DNA of 64,000 nucleotides. Source: Octopus bimaculoides (Eukaryota). Location of the stretch: assembly GCF_001194135.2 (NCBI RefSeq), contig NC_068984.1, positions 32,299,978 through 32,363,977 of the forward strand, written 5' to 3'. Each line of letters opens with the position of its first letter. The first letter of the stretch is position 1. A program made the translations under genes and the position numbers. The notes under the pieces were generated by a model. It ran no database searches. It saw nothing but the letters and a program-made list of their open reading frames with translations, and was not told the origin of the DNA. Of this stretch, positions 28,633-41,779 are shown one piece after another.

Positions 28633-30579
28633 TACCCATACAAATATGGACAGAAATACACACTGTAGTTCATGCTGTTAGTATCCCATGTTGAATATTT
28701 ATTTTGTAAATATTCAGATATTTTCAAGAGATAAACTAGCAAATGAATTTATTATAGGAATTGTATCTAAGATTCTGTTTAAATTAAAATGAACTGTAAT
28801 TTACAAGCAAGAAAATAGAAACAAAAATTTCTTTGAAATCCTATACAAATTCTTGCCTTCTTTCTCAATGTACTCTACATCAGCTATCCACGAAAGTCCC
28901 CAAACCAACCTTTTTTGCAAAGCTGTATATTACATTACTTTAAATTCATAGACAGAGACATGGAGATATTAGTCAGAAGTTTGCTTTGTTTCAGATTCAC
29001 CCATCTTGAGCAAGTGTCTCCTACAAGAGACTTTGGTTAAGCAAAGCCTTATATGAAGAAGTGGATGATGGAATTTGTGAGAAAGTTTATTAAAGGTATA
29101 TACAAGAATGAGTCATATATTAGCTGCATTAGCAAGCTAAAGGCATATCAGGGGTTGAAATCTATCAAATAGAGATTGTAAAGGAGCAGTATTGTGATAC
29201 TGAGGAGCTAGTCAGGAAGTGACAAGACATTCATGGTTTAACTTGTGAAATGATCCACAACAGACTTAGATTTTTTTAAAGTTTATACAACTGGAATCTC
29301 AATACAACTCACAGAATTGGACCAACTAAATTGTACTGAAATCTACTAACATTTGGCTTGCTGTGATAAGGAAGAGAAACCAGCTTGGAAAAACTTTTCA
29401 GTGGTGAAGAAGCATGAATACACCACTACAAGGGGGAGAATAACTACAAGCATATGGAATGGAAGTATCTGCAATTATCATTTAGGTAAAAGTTAAAATC
29501 TTAAACATCAGGGAGAGTTAGACTCATAGTTTTTAGTTTCATACAAGACCAGTACTGGTGTTTTATCAGGATAAGAGCAGAGCAGTACATAATACTCATT
29601 ATAATAAGATGCTGAGTATGAAGGTAAAATCTACAATTCAAAATAATGGAGAGGGCTACTATTGAAGGATGTTATGTGGTTGAATAACAATACTTATCAT
29701 CTTACTGCGGTTCTCACTTTTGAAATTTTCCAGAAACTGAAACCTGAATTATGGTAGCATCAAAAAGTAGATCACCAGTGTAGAAAAGCAAAGGGACTAT
29801 ACTGAAAATTTGAAGTACTGATAGATATTTTTGATAATTCTATTGTTGTTTTAATAAGTGTAACAGAAACAATTTCAATGCAATGCAAACATAGTGAATG
29901 CTGCTCTTGTTTGGAGCGAACACAAAGTAGAACAGACATGGGTAACAAAATAGCACTGATAACTTAATTGTTTCAACTTCAAACTAAAACTAAAGGTTTA
30001 AACTTGAGATGTCAATTTAGTTATCATTTTTAGGAGAGAGTATCAATTCATGTGCACACAACTAATTTCCCCAACAACAGGAACATTATAAGTATGATGT
30101 CGATAATTATTGACATGCTCTTCTATGTGCTTATGTGAATACATTTTTTGGGGACTCCCTGTATATATATGACATGTATATATTTAACTGGGTTTTTTGA
30201 ATTGCATGAACTAAAAATCGGAGGGGGACTAGATAAACTACCGGCATCAAGTTGCTGTAAAAGCAGAGAGTAATTTCACTTTGTCCTTAATCTTAGTGCA
30301 AGTTTTGAAGAGTGCAGTTCAATTTTAAAAGTTATTTTTTCAAGACTATGATAGAAGTGACGAAAGAACATATTCATAGTTGATCATTTTCATCTTTGAT
30401 ATTGTAAAAGGGTAATATTCTAAACTTTCCTTTTGTCCAAATGTCTAGTTATTTACTACAGGCAATGCTTCTGAGAGATACATTTTTAATTTTTTGTTTA
30501 TGCACATTTACATAGCTCATTAGTTTTGTCCCTGTTTTTCCAATGTAATTCTCATTTGTATTGTAGGCATGTGATGCAG

Positions 30580-31700
30580 TAGATGACATTTTTTGTTTTG
30601 CAATTTATGTTTGCATTCACTTTCAATTATTTCACCTTTTGCTTGTTTCTTGCTCAGTTATTTCACATCCCACAACAAACGTCTCCACAGTTTGTTAATT
30701 ATATTATTTCTGTCTCCATTGTGAATCTCACTTTTGTTAAAAGACTCTTGAGATTTGGTGGTTGTCTTTGTCTGTTGATGGTTTGCAATTTTTCAATTAG
30801 TTTTTGGAGATTTGGTGATTGATGTAGAATTGGGAGATGTCGATTGGCTGAATGTAAAATGTGGTTCTTAGGATTATGGTTGTCTACAAATGGAATGTTT
30901 ATATTTGGATTTTCGTTTTCACCCTTAGCATGAGTGTTTCTTTGTAAGGTATAGATTGTTATTTCTTTTGCATTGGTTATGGCATGATTGACTTTTGCAA
31001 TTATTTTTATTTTTGAAGGAACCTATTTAGTCCTACCAGTTGTTTCTCTTGACAATTAGTATCTGTAACTATTCAGCATGTGTGTCTTGCTATATTGATT
31101 GGTATATTCCTTTTCGGTATGGAAAGGGTGGAAAGATGGAAAATCTAAATATTGGTGTGTGTGTGTGTCTGTGTTATTGTAGTAAAGATCGGTGGTAAAT
31201 GTTTTGTTTTCTTTAATTATTAGAATTTCCAGGAAAAAGAGTTCTTTTTCAGTCATTTCCATGGGGAATTGGATCGATTCTTGAATTCTGTTTAATTTAA
31301 TGAATATCGTAAGGTTTTAACTACTTTCGTTTCCAAATATGAAACAGTCATCCAAGAATCTTTTCCAGTACCCTGTCAAATAGTTTTGGAAATAAAGAAA
31401 GAAAATCATTTTTGCCAGAGCATAGAGTTTTTTCTTACAGATAACCCTTTACTAGTGATGCAGGGGTTGGTGTGAATTTTGTCACCATTGCTGTGACTTG
31501 TATTTGTAGACAATGGTTGTCAAAAGGTGAGGTATTTAAATGTAAAGTATATTTACTGAACTCTTTGTCTAATATGCCTATGTAGTAAATTCCTATCAGT
31601 GGAAGGCCTTTTATTACTATGGTGGTAAGGAGTACCCAGCTTGTTAAAAAAAACTCCACTTCTTCAATGACATCCAGCACAGTGAGTTATCTGCTGTTAA
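30580..31700 (-). mobile_element. Penelope-like retroelement RT fragment
   Basis: FDNHCLQIQVTAMVTKFTPTPASLVKGYL resembles the PLE RT motif (GTAMGTxxAPxYANL). ELFFLEILI...TTDLYY..TDTH.QYLDF.S.HP resembles PFLD...TDIYxKPT...YL...SxHP. Confidence 0.88.
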
Positions 31701-33091
31701 AGCATGTATACAATTTTGATACATGCTGTATATACATGTATATGTGCGTGCATGTGTGAGTGTGTGTTGGTGTGTGTGTGTAAATAGGTATTTCACTTAG
31801 AAAACAAATGGTGGTTGACAGACAGCAAATACGTTGACAGAATACTAGAAAAAATAGACTCATCATTTCTATAGACGTTCAAGGACTTAGAAATCAAACT
31901 TTAACCTTTTCCACATTATACAAATGTGCAGAAAACATGAAAGAACAACAAAAAATTAATATTCTTTTACTTGTTTCAGTCATGAGACTGTAGCCATGCT
32001 GGAGCACCACCTTAATAGGAACCTAGTTTAAACATTAACCAATTCATGACACTTATTTTCAATTCCTTTATCAATATTTAAAAAAAAAATTTTCCTATAT
32101 ATTTTTGAATAATTGTAGTACAAGAATTTACATTCTTACTTAATTTTTTGTTTATGCTCTTACTGTACCCAGTCTGTGAAGCAGAGGTGGTGTCTAACAG
32201 CAACAATAGCAACAACAGCAACAACAAAAAGACACACATGGAAATATAGTGAAGCAATGGATGGCCATTTAAAGATCAGGCTGAAAAAAACTCAAGTCCT
32301 TTTTTATTATCCTGGAGAGGTACAATGCTACAGCATTAGACAGCTAAGCAGGGCAATTATAGAAAGCCTGAACATTGAGATGCAGTTTGTGTTGCATTTA
32401 TATTAACTATCTAATCCAGCAGCTTTTTTACTTTTTTACTTAAATGAAATCAACTGAGTTACATTTACCATTTATCATTTCAGATATTAGAATCAAATTA
32501 CCTGAAAATTAATCAGCTAAATCATCCTTGTGTGCAAATAAATGACAGAAACAGACAGTTAAATAGGGAAAGAAAAAGAAAAACATAATTTGTGATTTGG
32601 TCACAGCATCAACATTTACATTTAGGTCCTATAAGGCAGTGTAAAATAGCATGACAATTATTAGTTTACAGAAACCAAGTATTTGTAAAATCGAATAAAT
32701 AAATTCTGCAATTGTTTTTTTTTTGGATAAGAGTTAAGGAGACATTTTCAACAATTGCAAATAAATACCTTGTTTCTCAAAAAAAGACTGAAACATTTTT
32801 GCTTCATTAGTGTAAAGTATTGATTAAAGAAATTCATAAATATTTTATGTACCCATCAAAGTGCACGCACGTGTGTGTGTGTTAATGCTTACAAATGTAA
32901 GAAAGGAATACCCTATATCTAGTGTTTAGTTTATATGCATAAAGAAAAAATATATATATATATATATATGTCCATCTACTCTTCATTTCGAGCATTGAAT
33001 GACAATATAAGTCATCAAAGGCAGTTGCTCCCACAAAAGCCAAAATAAAATTTGGGATTTATGGAGGGTCCAAGCTGGTAACAAAAATAGG

Positions 33092-33285
33092 ACATTATTT
33101 ACATTTGACAGATATTTGTCCTCATCTTGTTTGTTGTTAACACAATGTTTTGGCTGATATACCCTCCAGCCTTCATCAGGTGCCTTGGGGAAATCTGTGT
33201 TCGCATTCCTAAGGTATTTTTTGATATTATTATTATTATTATTATTCAGGTCACTGCCTCGAATTTAACTTGGAATTTTGGGGTT
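33092..33285 (-). mobile_element. tRNA-headed repeat with (AAT)n and hammerhead-like tail, left copy
   Basis: Reverse complement of 33283-33546. Contains CAC-CTGATGA-A-GGCTG...CAGCC-AAAA-CATT-GTGTT. Confidence 0.8.
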
Positions 33286-33336
33286 AAGAGTGCAGGCTAC
33301 TAACCTCAAGATTCCGAGTACAATTCCAAGCACTGA

Positions 33337-33399
<63 letters not shown>

Positions 33400-33546
33400 C
33401 AACAACATCGAAAAATACCTTAGGAATGAGAACCCAGGTTCGAAATTTCCTCAAGACACTTGATAAAGGCTGGAAGGTATAGCAGCCGAAACATTGTGTT
33501 AACAACAAACAAGATGAGGACAAATATCTGTCAAATGCAAATAATG
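33283..33546 (+). mobile_element. tRNA-headed repeat with (AAT)n and hammerhead-like tail, right copy
   Basis: GGTTAAGAGTGCAGGCTACTAACC...ATTCCGAGTACAATTCC tRNA-like head, (AAT)n, then GACAC-TTGATAA-A-GGCTG...CAGCC-GAAA-CATT-GTGTT. Confidence 0.8.
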
Positions 33547-33741
33547 TAAATAATGTAAATAATTTCTCATCTCTTAGATATAGAACTAAAAAACAGGACA
33601 GTAGAGAAATATGAGGAAACTGAATGAAAACAAACATGGAGGGTGGTTTTATATATATATATATATCAGATAAATTCCTCTATTTACATAATATCGAGGT
33701 CTCTTTCATTCTTTTGCTGTCTTGGCATTTCTATCAATATA

Positions 33742-33775
<34 letters not shown>

Positions 33776-33809
33776 CATACATATACATCAGTTAAATGAC
33801 CCTGCTCAA

Positions 33810-34020
33810 TCCCCTCTAGCTGAGTTTCTACAGCTGGATGCCCTTCCTTATGCCAACCACTCCGAGAGTGTAGTGGGTGCTTTTATGTGCCACCGGCACG
33901 AGAACCAGTCAGCGGCCCTGGCAACGATCATGCTCAGATGGTGCTCTTAGCCCTCCACTACCACGGATGCCAGTCAAGCGGTACTGTCATCGAATTTGAT
34001 TTCGATTTCACTTGCCTCAC
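33810..34020 (-). mobile_element. RTE-like 3' tail fragment
   Basis: CAGCTGGATGCCCTTCCTTATGCCAACCACTCCGAGAGTGTAGTGGGTGC motif. Confidence 0.8.
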
Positions 34021-34464
34021 ACATACATATGCACACATATATATATGTATGTATATAAATGTATGAGTGTGCATTGTATATAAATAAATATATTTGCTTA
34101 TCTTAGATGCGTATTTCTCAGTTGATATATATTTGTTCGTATGAATGACTAACATTTCCAGTGTATTACAATTAAAATCCAAAAGACTAGAGAGAAGTCT
34201 TATTCAGTTCAGAGTTCATTATGCCTCAGTAAATAGTGATTGATAATGATCGTCAGAGTAAGGGAGTAACAAGTGCACTGTGCTGTATTGCACAGTTTAA
34301 TGAGATAACAACAAACGAAGAAAAATACGAATTCTAAGGTCATCGTGCACAAAGAGCCTCTTGACCTTATATAAAATTCAAACGAATATATAAGATATCC
34401 AGAACTACATTTCAGAATTATGATTGGCCCTAACACTGAAAAAGCTATCTTCAATTTTTTGTTC

Positions 34465-34655
34465 CCATCATCATCATCATCTTCATCATCACTATTGGCC
34501 CCAGCAAAACTACCGTTATCATTGTCAGTGGTGGTGCCGGGGAGGGGGGGGTGATGGTGGTACCGTTGGTGGCGGCAGCAGTGGTAGCAGTGGCAGCGAC
34601 ATAGGCGTCAGAATTGCCGTTACCATCATGATTGTTGTTATCGTCATCATCTTTT
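34465..34655. repeat. GC-rich mosaic of trinucleotide repeats (CAT, GGT, GCA) with a G-run
   Basis: Directly visible low-complexity tract. It explains the overlapping ORFs on both strands. Confidence 0.8.
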
Positions 34656-35529
34656 AACAAATATCTTCCATGATGGAGGTTATTGTCTGTTATGCTATAA
34701 ACCATGCTGACTGTTATGTTACAAACCTTGTTATTGGTAAAGTCAACCTTGTTATGGTTAATTTTATCAATTCAGCCTTGTTGGACAGACATAAAAAATA
34801 TCAACATATTCAGTTGTCCCTTTCCTTTCCATTTCTCAAAGGTCTACAGGGCTGATCACCCATTGCTGTTTATATCTATCACTTGCTTGTAGATACTTCT
34901 GATAACTGAGAGATTAAGCAATTAATTCTACTCATCTGCCTTAATGCATTAATAAGAATTAAAAACAAAAGATAATAGATGGTTGGTATTTAAGTCAGAG
35001 AATCAGACTAGAAGATGTATCAGAGATGAGAATGGTAACAGTTTAAAGATGATCTCATATAGCTTCAGCAAACATTTATTTTACAGTGAAGTAATTGATT
35101 TTTTCCTCCATATCATCACCATTATTCATACACGTTTCCAGTGTAGTCTGAACGTGTCTCTCAGTATTTTAACTCCTGTCATAGTAATAAGTCTTCTGAT
35201 ACATACAGCAGAGAAAATCATCAATCATTGTGTGCCATATGCTTTTGTGGGATGAGAGGAATTAGCATGTTTCTTATGAAAGGATGTCCTTTCCATCCCC
35301 AGTCACTTTCCAGTAAGTATTTATTGTATTTTATCATACCATTAGAACTAGAAATGTCATTTGCATCAGGACTAAGGCAGCTTATCCACTCTCTATATAT
35401 TGTACTATTGTAGAACTATTTCCTCTTCGAAATCAAAACATTTCAAATTCTTCTTCACATATTATGTTGAAGATCTATACAGCGGGCTGTTTTTCTTGAT
35501 ATTTTCTTTTATTCTTTTGTTCTTTTCTT

Positions 35530-35970
35530 TATTATTTTACTTGTTTCAGTCATTTGACTGCGGCCATGCTGGAGCACCACCTTTAGTCAAGCAAATCGAC
35601 CCCAGGACTTATTCTTTGTAAGCCTAGTACTTATGCTATCAGTCTCTTTTGCCAAACCGCTAAGTTATGGGGACATAAACACACCACCATCGGTTGTCAA
35701 GCGATGTTGCGGGGGACAAACACAGATACACAAACATATACACACACATACATTATATATATATATAATGTATGTGTGTGTATATATATATATATATAAA
35801 CATATATACGACAGGCTTCTTTCAGTTTCCATCTACCAAATCCACTCACAAGATTTTGGTTGGCCCAAGGCTTAGTAGAAGACACTTGCTCAAGTTGCCA
35901 CGCAGTGGGAATGAACTCGGAATCATAATTGGTAATCAAGCTACTTACCAAACAGTCACTCCTGCACCTA
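35530..35970 (-). mobile_element. SINE family B, near full length
   Basis: Whole head-body-tail structure with an internal (CA)/(TA) tract. Confidence 0.92.
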
Positions 35971-36024
35971 TTAATATTGTTATCAATATAATTTGAATAT
36001 TTTATTTAGCTAACTATATCGTTT

Positions 36025-36235
36025 TTAAATTTTGGCACAAGACCAGCAATTTCAGAGTAGGACCTAAGTCAATTACATCAACGCTAGTGTCCTACTGATA
36101 CTTATTTTATTGACCCCAGAAAGATGAAAAGCAAAGTCAACCTCAGCAGAATTTGAACTCAGAATATAAAGATAGACAAAGTGCTGCTAAGCATTTTGTC
36201 AGGTGTGCTAATGATTCTGCCTGTTTACTGTCGTA
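36025..36235 (-). mobile_element. SINE family A copy
   Basis: GACCCCAGAAAGATGAAAAGCAAAGTCAACCTCAGCAGAATTTGAACTCAG. Confidence 0.85.
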
Positions 36236-37375
36236 TGTACTGAACTATATTACTTCAAAAAGTATTAACCCAAATGCAACAGAAAAGATGACATGTATAA
36301 AGGTTTACTGTTGTCTGAAATGAGTGGTTAAAAATTAAAAATTCAATTATTGTGCTGTGAGCTTAAGCAGAACACATGCATAGAATATTGTCTGTTGCCC
36401 TAACTGAAAATAAGCTATTCCATAACGGCAATTATAAGTGGCTAGTGATAAAAGAATTGTCTGGCTTCATCAAAAGCATCACCTTAAGTTAGCAAGTAAA
36501 ATGGATGCAAAACTATCCCAGAAAGAGGGAGAGAGAGAGAGAGACTGACAGACAGATAGACAGACAAAGAGGGAGAAAGAATGATCTGAAACTTTGACAT
36601 GTTACACAATTAGTGTAATTGTAAGCTTTAATATGTTATTGCAGCCAATGTTTATTATGAGGAGGTACCAAGTGTTTTTTTCTCTTTGAAAGTAGTTATA
36701 TGATTTCAGAAGTTGCATTGTGTTCATACTCAAAATATCGAGGAAGTCAATGAACTTATTGCAATTAGAATAACAGGTTTGGAATTGTAGGTTTACATTT
36801 GTAAAATCATGTCATTTAAGAGTTACTGATTAAGCACTCTATCACTCATTCAAGCTACAGCTGCCTTTCCCCCATCTTTAATTCTTTAATTAGGAAGTCA
36901 TAAAGTTCATTCATGTATTCTGTTATTAATTGCCAATATAGTTTGAAAAGAATCATGGGCGTAAATAATCTAATAGCTGAGGGAAGAGTGAATGGTAAGG
37001 TCAACAGAGCATTATTTGATGGTTCTCTCAACTTGCATGGATGCACCAAATATGCTGTGTGATCAAGACATATGTAATGATAAATGGCTCTCCAAAATAA
37101 TAGAACTTGAAAAGTGGCCAGGAAGCTATATCTCCTTCATAAAAGATCACTGTATATTACTGGATGAAAGCCAGATATATACCTGATCAGCCAAATTCGT
37201 ATGGCCAATCAAAACTAATATATTGTCATAAAATATATTTTCCAAGTGTTTCTTATCACCGAACACAGGCTTTTGTTTTAGCATGTTTAAACATTTTTCT
37301 TGCTATCACTATTCCTCCACTGAACATGGAAAGATAAATTTATTACAAAGGGTAATTCTCAAAATTGACTTGTGA

Positions 37376-37380
<5 letters not shown>

Positions 37381-37464
<84 letters not shown>
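37381..37464. repeat. (GT)42 microsatellite
   Basis: Uninterrupted GT run, the longest dinucleotide tract in the window. Confidence 0.97.
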
Positions 37465-37466
<2 letters not shown>

Positions 37467-37599
37467 ATGCCCATGTACAGATACGCACACTTGCATCAAT
37501 ACACACATACATGCAAAACCATATGACTGCGTCTGTACACCCACATATAGAACTATATATTTGTACATGCTGTTCCTTTCTACTCCCCACCATCAACAA

Positions 37600-37990
37600 C
37601 CTGACCAATTTCCTAATCATTGTGTGGTCTATTTCCTGTCGTCCATGTGGTCAATTTCTTGTTCACCATGTGGTATTTACATCAACAAACCAGAAACCCT
37701 GGTGAAACTGAAGGAGAACATCAATAGAGAAATCAGAGAAGTAAAGTCTGAAACTCTTGAGGGTGTTATGGTGGAAGTTTTGGAAAGAGAATGGGCATGC
37801 AAAGCGAAAAATGGCTGCAATTTAAGTGATTTCATTTTTCATGTGATGTAGTGGTGTTGCAAGATTTGACTGATGCATATTAATTTCCGTTATGTCCTTA
37901 ATATTGTATCAAAATTCCATGCATTTATTTGTAAAGTTAAGGAAGTTAGTAAAATCTGAAACCCATCAGTGTCTTTTGGGGCACCCGTAT
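37600..37990 (+). mobile_element. Tc1/mariner-superfamily transposase 3' fragment with terminal repeat
   Basis: YINKPETLVKLKENINREI...GCNLSDFIFH resembles the Tc1-like C-terminus. Ends GGGCACCCGTA. Confidence 0.75.
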
Positions 37991-38012
37991 ATATATACAC
38001 ATGCACACATAA

Positions 38013-38044
<32 letters not shown>

Positions 38045-39019
38045 GCATGTACACATACATACAAAAATACACAAATACACACAAAAATACACATGCATGC
38101 ATATATTTTCCAAATGGGGACTAGTGAGAATGCAAGATGCATTCTACATTGTTCAGTCTTGCCAATGGTGGGTACTCACAGCCAGTCACAGGCTTACATA
38201 AGATTTGTTACCATTGATATATAGGAAAGCAGTGAATAAATATTCAGTGGTATGGCTAAATAAATAGTCACCTGGCTAAATAAAAATATGTTATATGCTG
38301 GAGAAGCAGTGTTTGATTAAAATAACCATCTATGCATCATACTTAATGTAAATACATCATTGAAAGGCGAATTTACAATGCTATTTGTCCAGAAGCAACA
38401 TATCTTATTGACATTCTATTCTCTCTAATTAAACTTACTTCTGAGCAATATAGGAAGACCTAAATGTTTAGTGATTTTTGAGAGTCTTTTTTTTTTTTGT
38501 GGCGATGGGATTTGCATAAAAATTAATATATATTTCTATATAGAATAATAATAATTTCCAAATGCATTTTTTTAATATTCTATAAAATGATTCTTAGATA
38601 CAATCATTTTAATTAGTCCTTGTTTGGTATCTTGTGCCAATGTATTGAATGAATATACTAATTGATAGTTTTCAGTTTTACAAATACTCTCCATTCAACC
38701 ATATATCATTTAACTGTGTGTGACTCATCCTAAAAGTTTGGGGAATATATATTTATTTTGTTATTTGGTTCTTTCTCCCGTGATTTGAACATTCCAGTGC
38801 TAGTATAGAAAAAGTCAAACTGGTCAATATAAATCAATGTTTTCTTTAATTTCTTAGTTGATTCTCATAACAAATTATATATTTGGAATAGAGTGTGATT
38901 AAGGATCTAGCTGATAGTTTGATGTAAATGCATGTTTTATATTTGTATGTCTTGTATTAGATGGGAATAATAACATTTTAAACAGGCCTTGTAATATTGT
39001 TTGCATGTATTTTTGTCAG

Positions 39020-39300
39020 TGCTGCTTCACTGGCATCCATGCCAGTGGCATATAAAAAGCACCAGTTGAGCGTGGCTGATGCCAGTGTCACCTGACTGGT
39101 TCCCATGCCAGTGGCGAGTAAAAAGCACTACACACTTGGAGTGGTTGGCATTAGGAAGGGAATTCAGCAGTACAAACCTTGCAAAATCAGATTGGAGCCT
39201 GGTGCAGCCTCCTGACTTGCCAGTCCTCAATCAAACCTTCCAATCCATGCCAGCATGGAAAGCAGACATTAAACAGCAAAGACGATGACAACGACGACAA
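39020..39300 (+). mobile_element. RTE-like 3' tail fragment
   Basis: GGAGTGGTTGGCATTAGGAAGGG...CCATGCCAGCATGGAAAGCAGACATTAAAC followed by (GAT/GAC)n. Confidence 0.8.
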
Positions 39301-39439
39301 TGCGATGCTGCTGCTGCTGATCTGTATATATCAGACCCTGCTGTCTTTAGAAAGGCAATGCATATTGTAGTCATGGATACAATATATGTGACAAAATATG
39401 GTTAGGGCACAAGAAAGATAGTAACATAAAAGTCTTCTA

Positions 39440-39625
39440 TAAGGTTGTCAGCTGGCCAAATCATTAGCATACTATTTTTACATTCTGAGTTCAAATTCTG
39501 TCAAGGTTGACTGTCTTTCATCCTTACATAGTTGATAAAGTACCAGTTGAGTACTGGAGTTGATATAATCAACAACCTCCGCCCCCTGAACTTGCATGCC
39601 TTGTGTCAAAATTTGAAACCAATAT
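39440..39625 (+). mobile_element. SINE family A copy
   Basis: ATTCTGAGTTCAAATTCTG...TTTCATCC...AAAGTACCAGTTGAGTACTGG. Confidence 0.8.
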
Positions 39626-40122
39626 TAAGGCCTTTTGCGAAAGTAACATTGTTAAGAGCTGATATATATATATATATATATTATGTATTTCAGAAATGTT
39701 ATTGACTGCTGCTTAATAGGGTAATATTTAAAAAGCTTGTTAACTTGAAATGTTTTTTTGTTCAAACCATTTGCATTTCAAAATTATTTAACTTTCAATA
39801 CCTTTTGATAATTTTTGGTAAATATTTTTTGTTTATTAATCTACTTTGACTGAACATTCTTTTCACACACATGCACATGCACACATGCATGCATGTGCAT
39901 GCACACACACACATTATTTATCTTTCTCCTTACTAACACTATTTCCATTTAATTTTAGTGCTTTCTAAATTTGCTAATTATAAAGCAATTTTCATTTTAT
40001 TATTATCCAATGGTAAATTTTCTGTTTATTTACGTATGTAGTCTTGGTCTGCTTTCAGTATCTTACTATTTTCTCACAATTCCTCTCTCCCTCTCTATCT
40101 CTTTCTCACTCTTCCCCTCCCT

Positions 40123-40155
<33 letters not shown>

Positions 40156-41779
40156 ACACACACACACATACCCATGCATACACACACATAACAGGTTCCA
40201 TCTATCAAATTCCATTCAGTAGTTATTAATTAAACTGAGTCTATAGTAGAAGACACTTCTCCCATGTACCTTGCTGTAGTTTTGAAGATTGGACAGCAAT
40301 TCCACTAAGCTATCACAAAACACCTTGGAGTATTTAACAAGAACCAAACTCTAAAACAAGAGTACTACGTACCATCAAGTCAGTGTTGACCTACAAGAAA
40401 TACCAACCGAATCCGCTTCACAAGTCATTTGCTACCATTTAAAAAAAATTACCAGTGAGTAAAAACATATTTATGTAAAAGAGCACATCCTAACTCAAAT
40501 ACTAGGGAGCTCCATCCTACCAAGCCATTCCATCTACTGAGCAGAGCAGACCAGAATTACTTGAGAGCATCAACAACTAAAAGAAAATTTGGAATGATAA
40601 AATAGCTCAGCATTATACCTGTTAACTGTCACTCCAATTCTGGATTTTACCAAACATATCCAAGGCCAACATAACAAGCATTATAATGTTAGTAACACAG
40701 CTCACAAAATTTTAGAGTCTTCTGAGATGTTACCTTGTTTGATATCTTGATAGAAAGTTTAAAATTTCTATTTTAGTAGAAATTTTTTATTTTGTATTCG
40801 CAATCAGTTTGCAAAAGATGAAACAAGATTTCTGATTGGCTGACAGATAACCAGGAATTTTAAGTGTGATGGATATATAAGAACAGCCAACAATAGGAGC
40901 CTTTATGAAATGAAGACCATGAAATATTTAAATAGTTCACTTTGTTGCAGGTGGTCATCTCTATTGGGAGCAAGTGGTTTATTTCTTTTCAAGTGAAAGT
41001 CTACATAAGAAATGTGACACAATATGATGTGATATACTTACTAAATGGGTGAAATAGTTTTGGAAAAAGCTTTCAACATCTGTAGAAGCATAAAATTTAG
41101 AACACAACTCATCTGAGTGAGACACTGACATTAATAGCATTTGCAGAAATGTGTATGAGGTGAAAAATTGATATGATCATAGATGCTGAGAATGGTAAGT
41201 GCATCAAATGTGTCATGTGGTTTGCAAGAGAATACTTAGAAAAAAGTATCAGTGAGTGAAACACAAGGATAGCTGCTGCCTGTCTGATATAAGGGTGTTG
41301 GTTCATAGACAGGATGACAAAATACTGCAATATTTGACAATGTACTCTAAGTCAGACATATCCAGTTCATACTTGTCAATTGATTATGTGGATGTGCATA
41401 CATCATGGTCATATGATAAACTGATAGGGCCTCAGATAGCATCTTTTCTTCCCTCTCCAGTGATGAACAAAGTCTGTTTCCTTCTGAGATGAGACTATTT
41501 GTGCAAAGAAGCATTACACAAATAGTCACACATATTTCACACGCTCATGAATATGTGTATGCATGAATATAAATGAGAAAATGTTATAAACTTGTTAAGA
41601 TGAGTATTTAGGTAACTGAATTTATCCACATGCATACACACAAACACACACACACACACATGTACACACACATGCATGCACACGCACACACATGCACACA
41701 CACACACACACACATTTTTATTAGTTATACAATAACTATATGAAGAATTTAAGTTTAAGGAAAAGAATATGTTTATTAT

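Noticed and set aside
34424-34705. Overlapping His/Gly/Ala/Thr-rich ORFs on both strands
   Set aside because: Products of a trinucleotide mosaic, which is inherently stop-free.
35132-35195. Minus exon-like RLITMTGVKILRDTFRLHWKR
   Set aside because: Weak acceptor and no phase-consistent neighbours.
36855-37140. ~95-codon open minus frame (..LTLPFTLPSAIRLF..) resembling a terminal exon
   Set aside because: It is the antisense of a plus-strand LINE-like motif (LIAEGRVNGKV, resembling EGKVxGKR) and has no convincing acceptor. Kept only as a weak possibility.
38439-38459. 21-nt minus microexon (GLPILLR) with GTAAGT donor; a similar 24-nt case near 25660
   Set aside because: No polypyrimidine tract. 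Such matches are expected by chance in 64 kb.
40835-40885. ATTGG (reverse CCAAT) plus TATATAAG promoter-like pair
   Set aside because: No credible downstream exon or ORF, and these motifs are common in AT-rich DNA.
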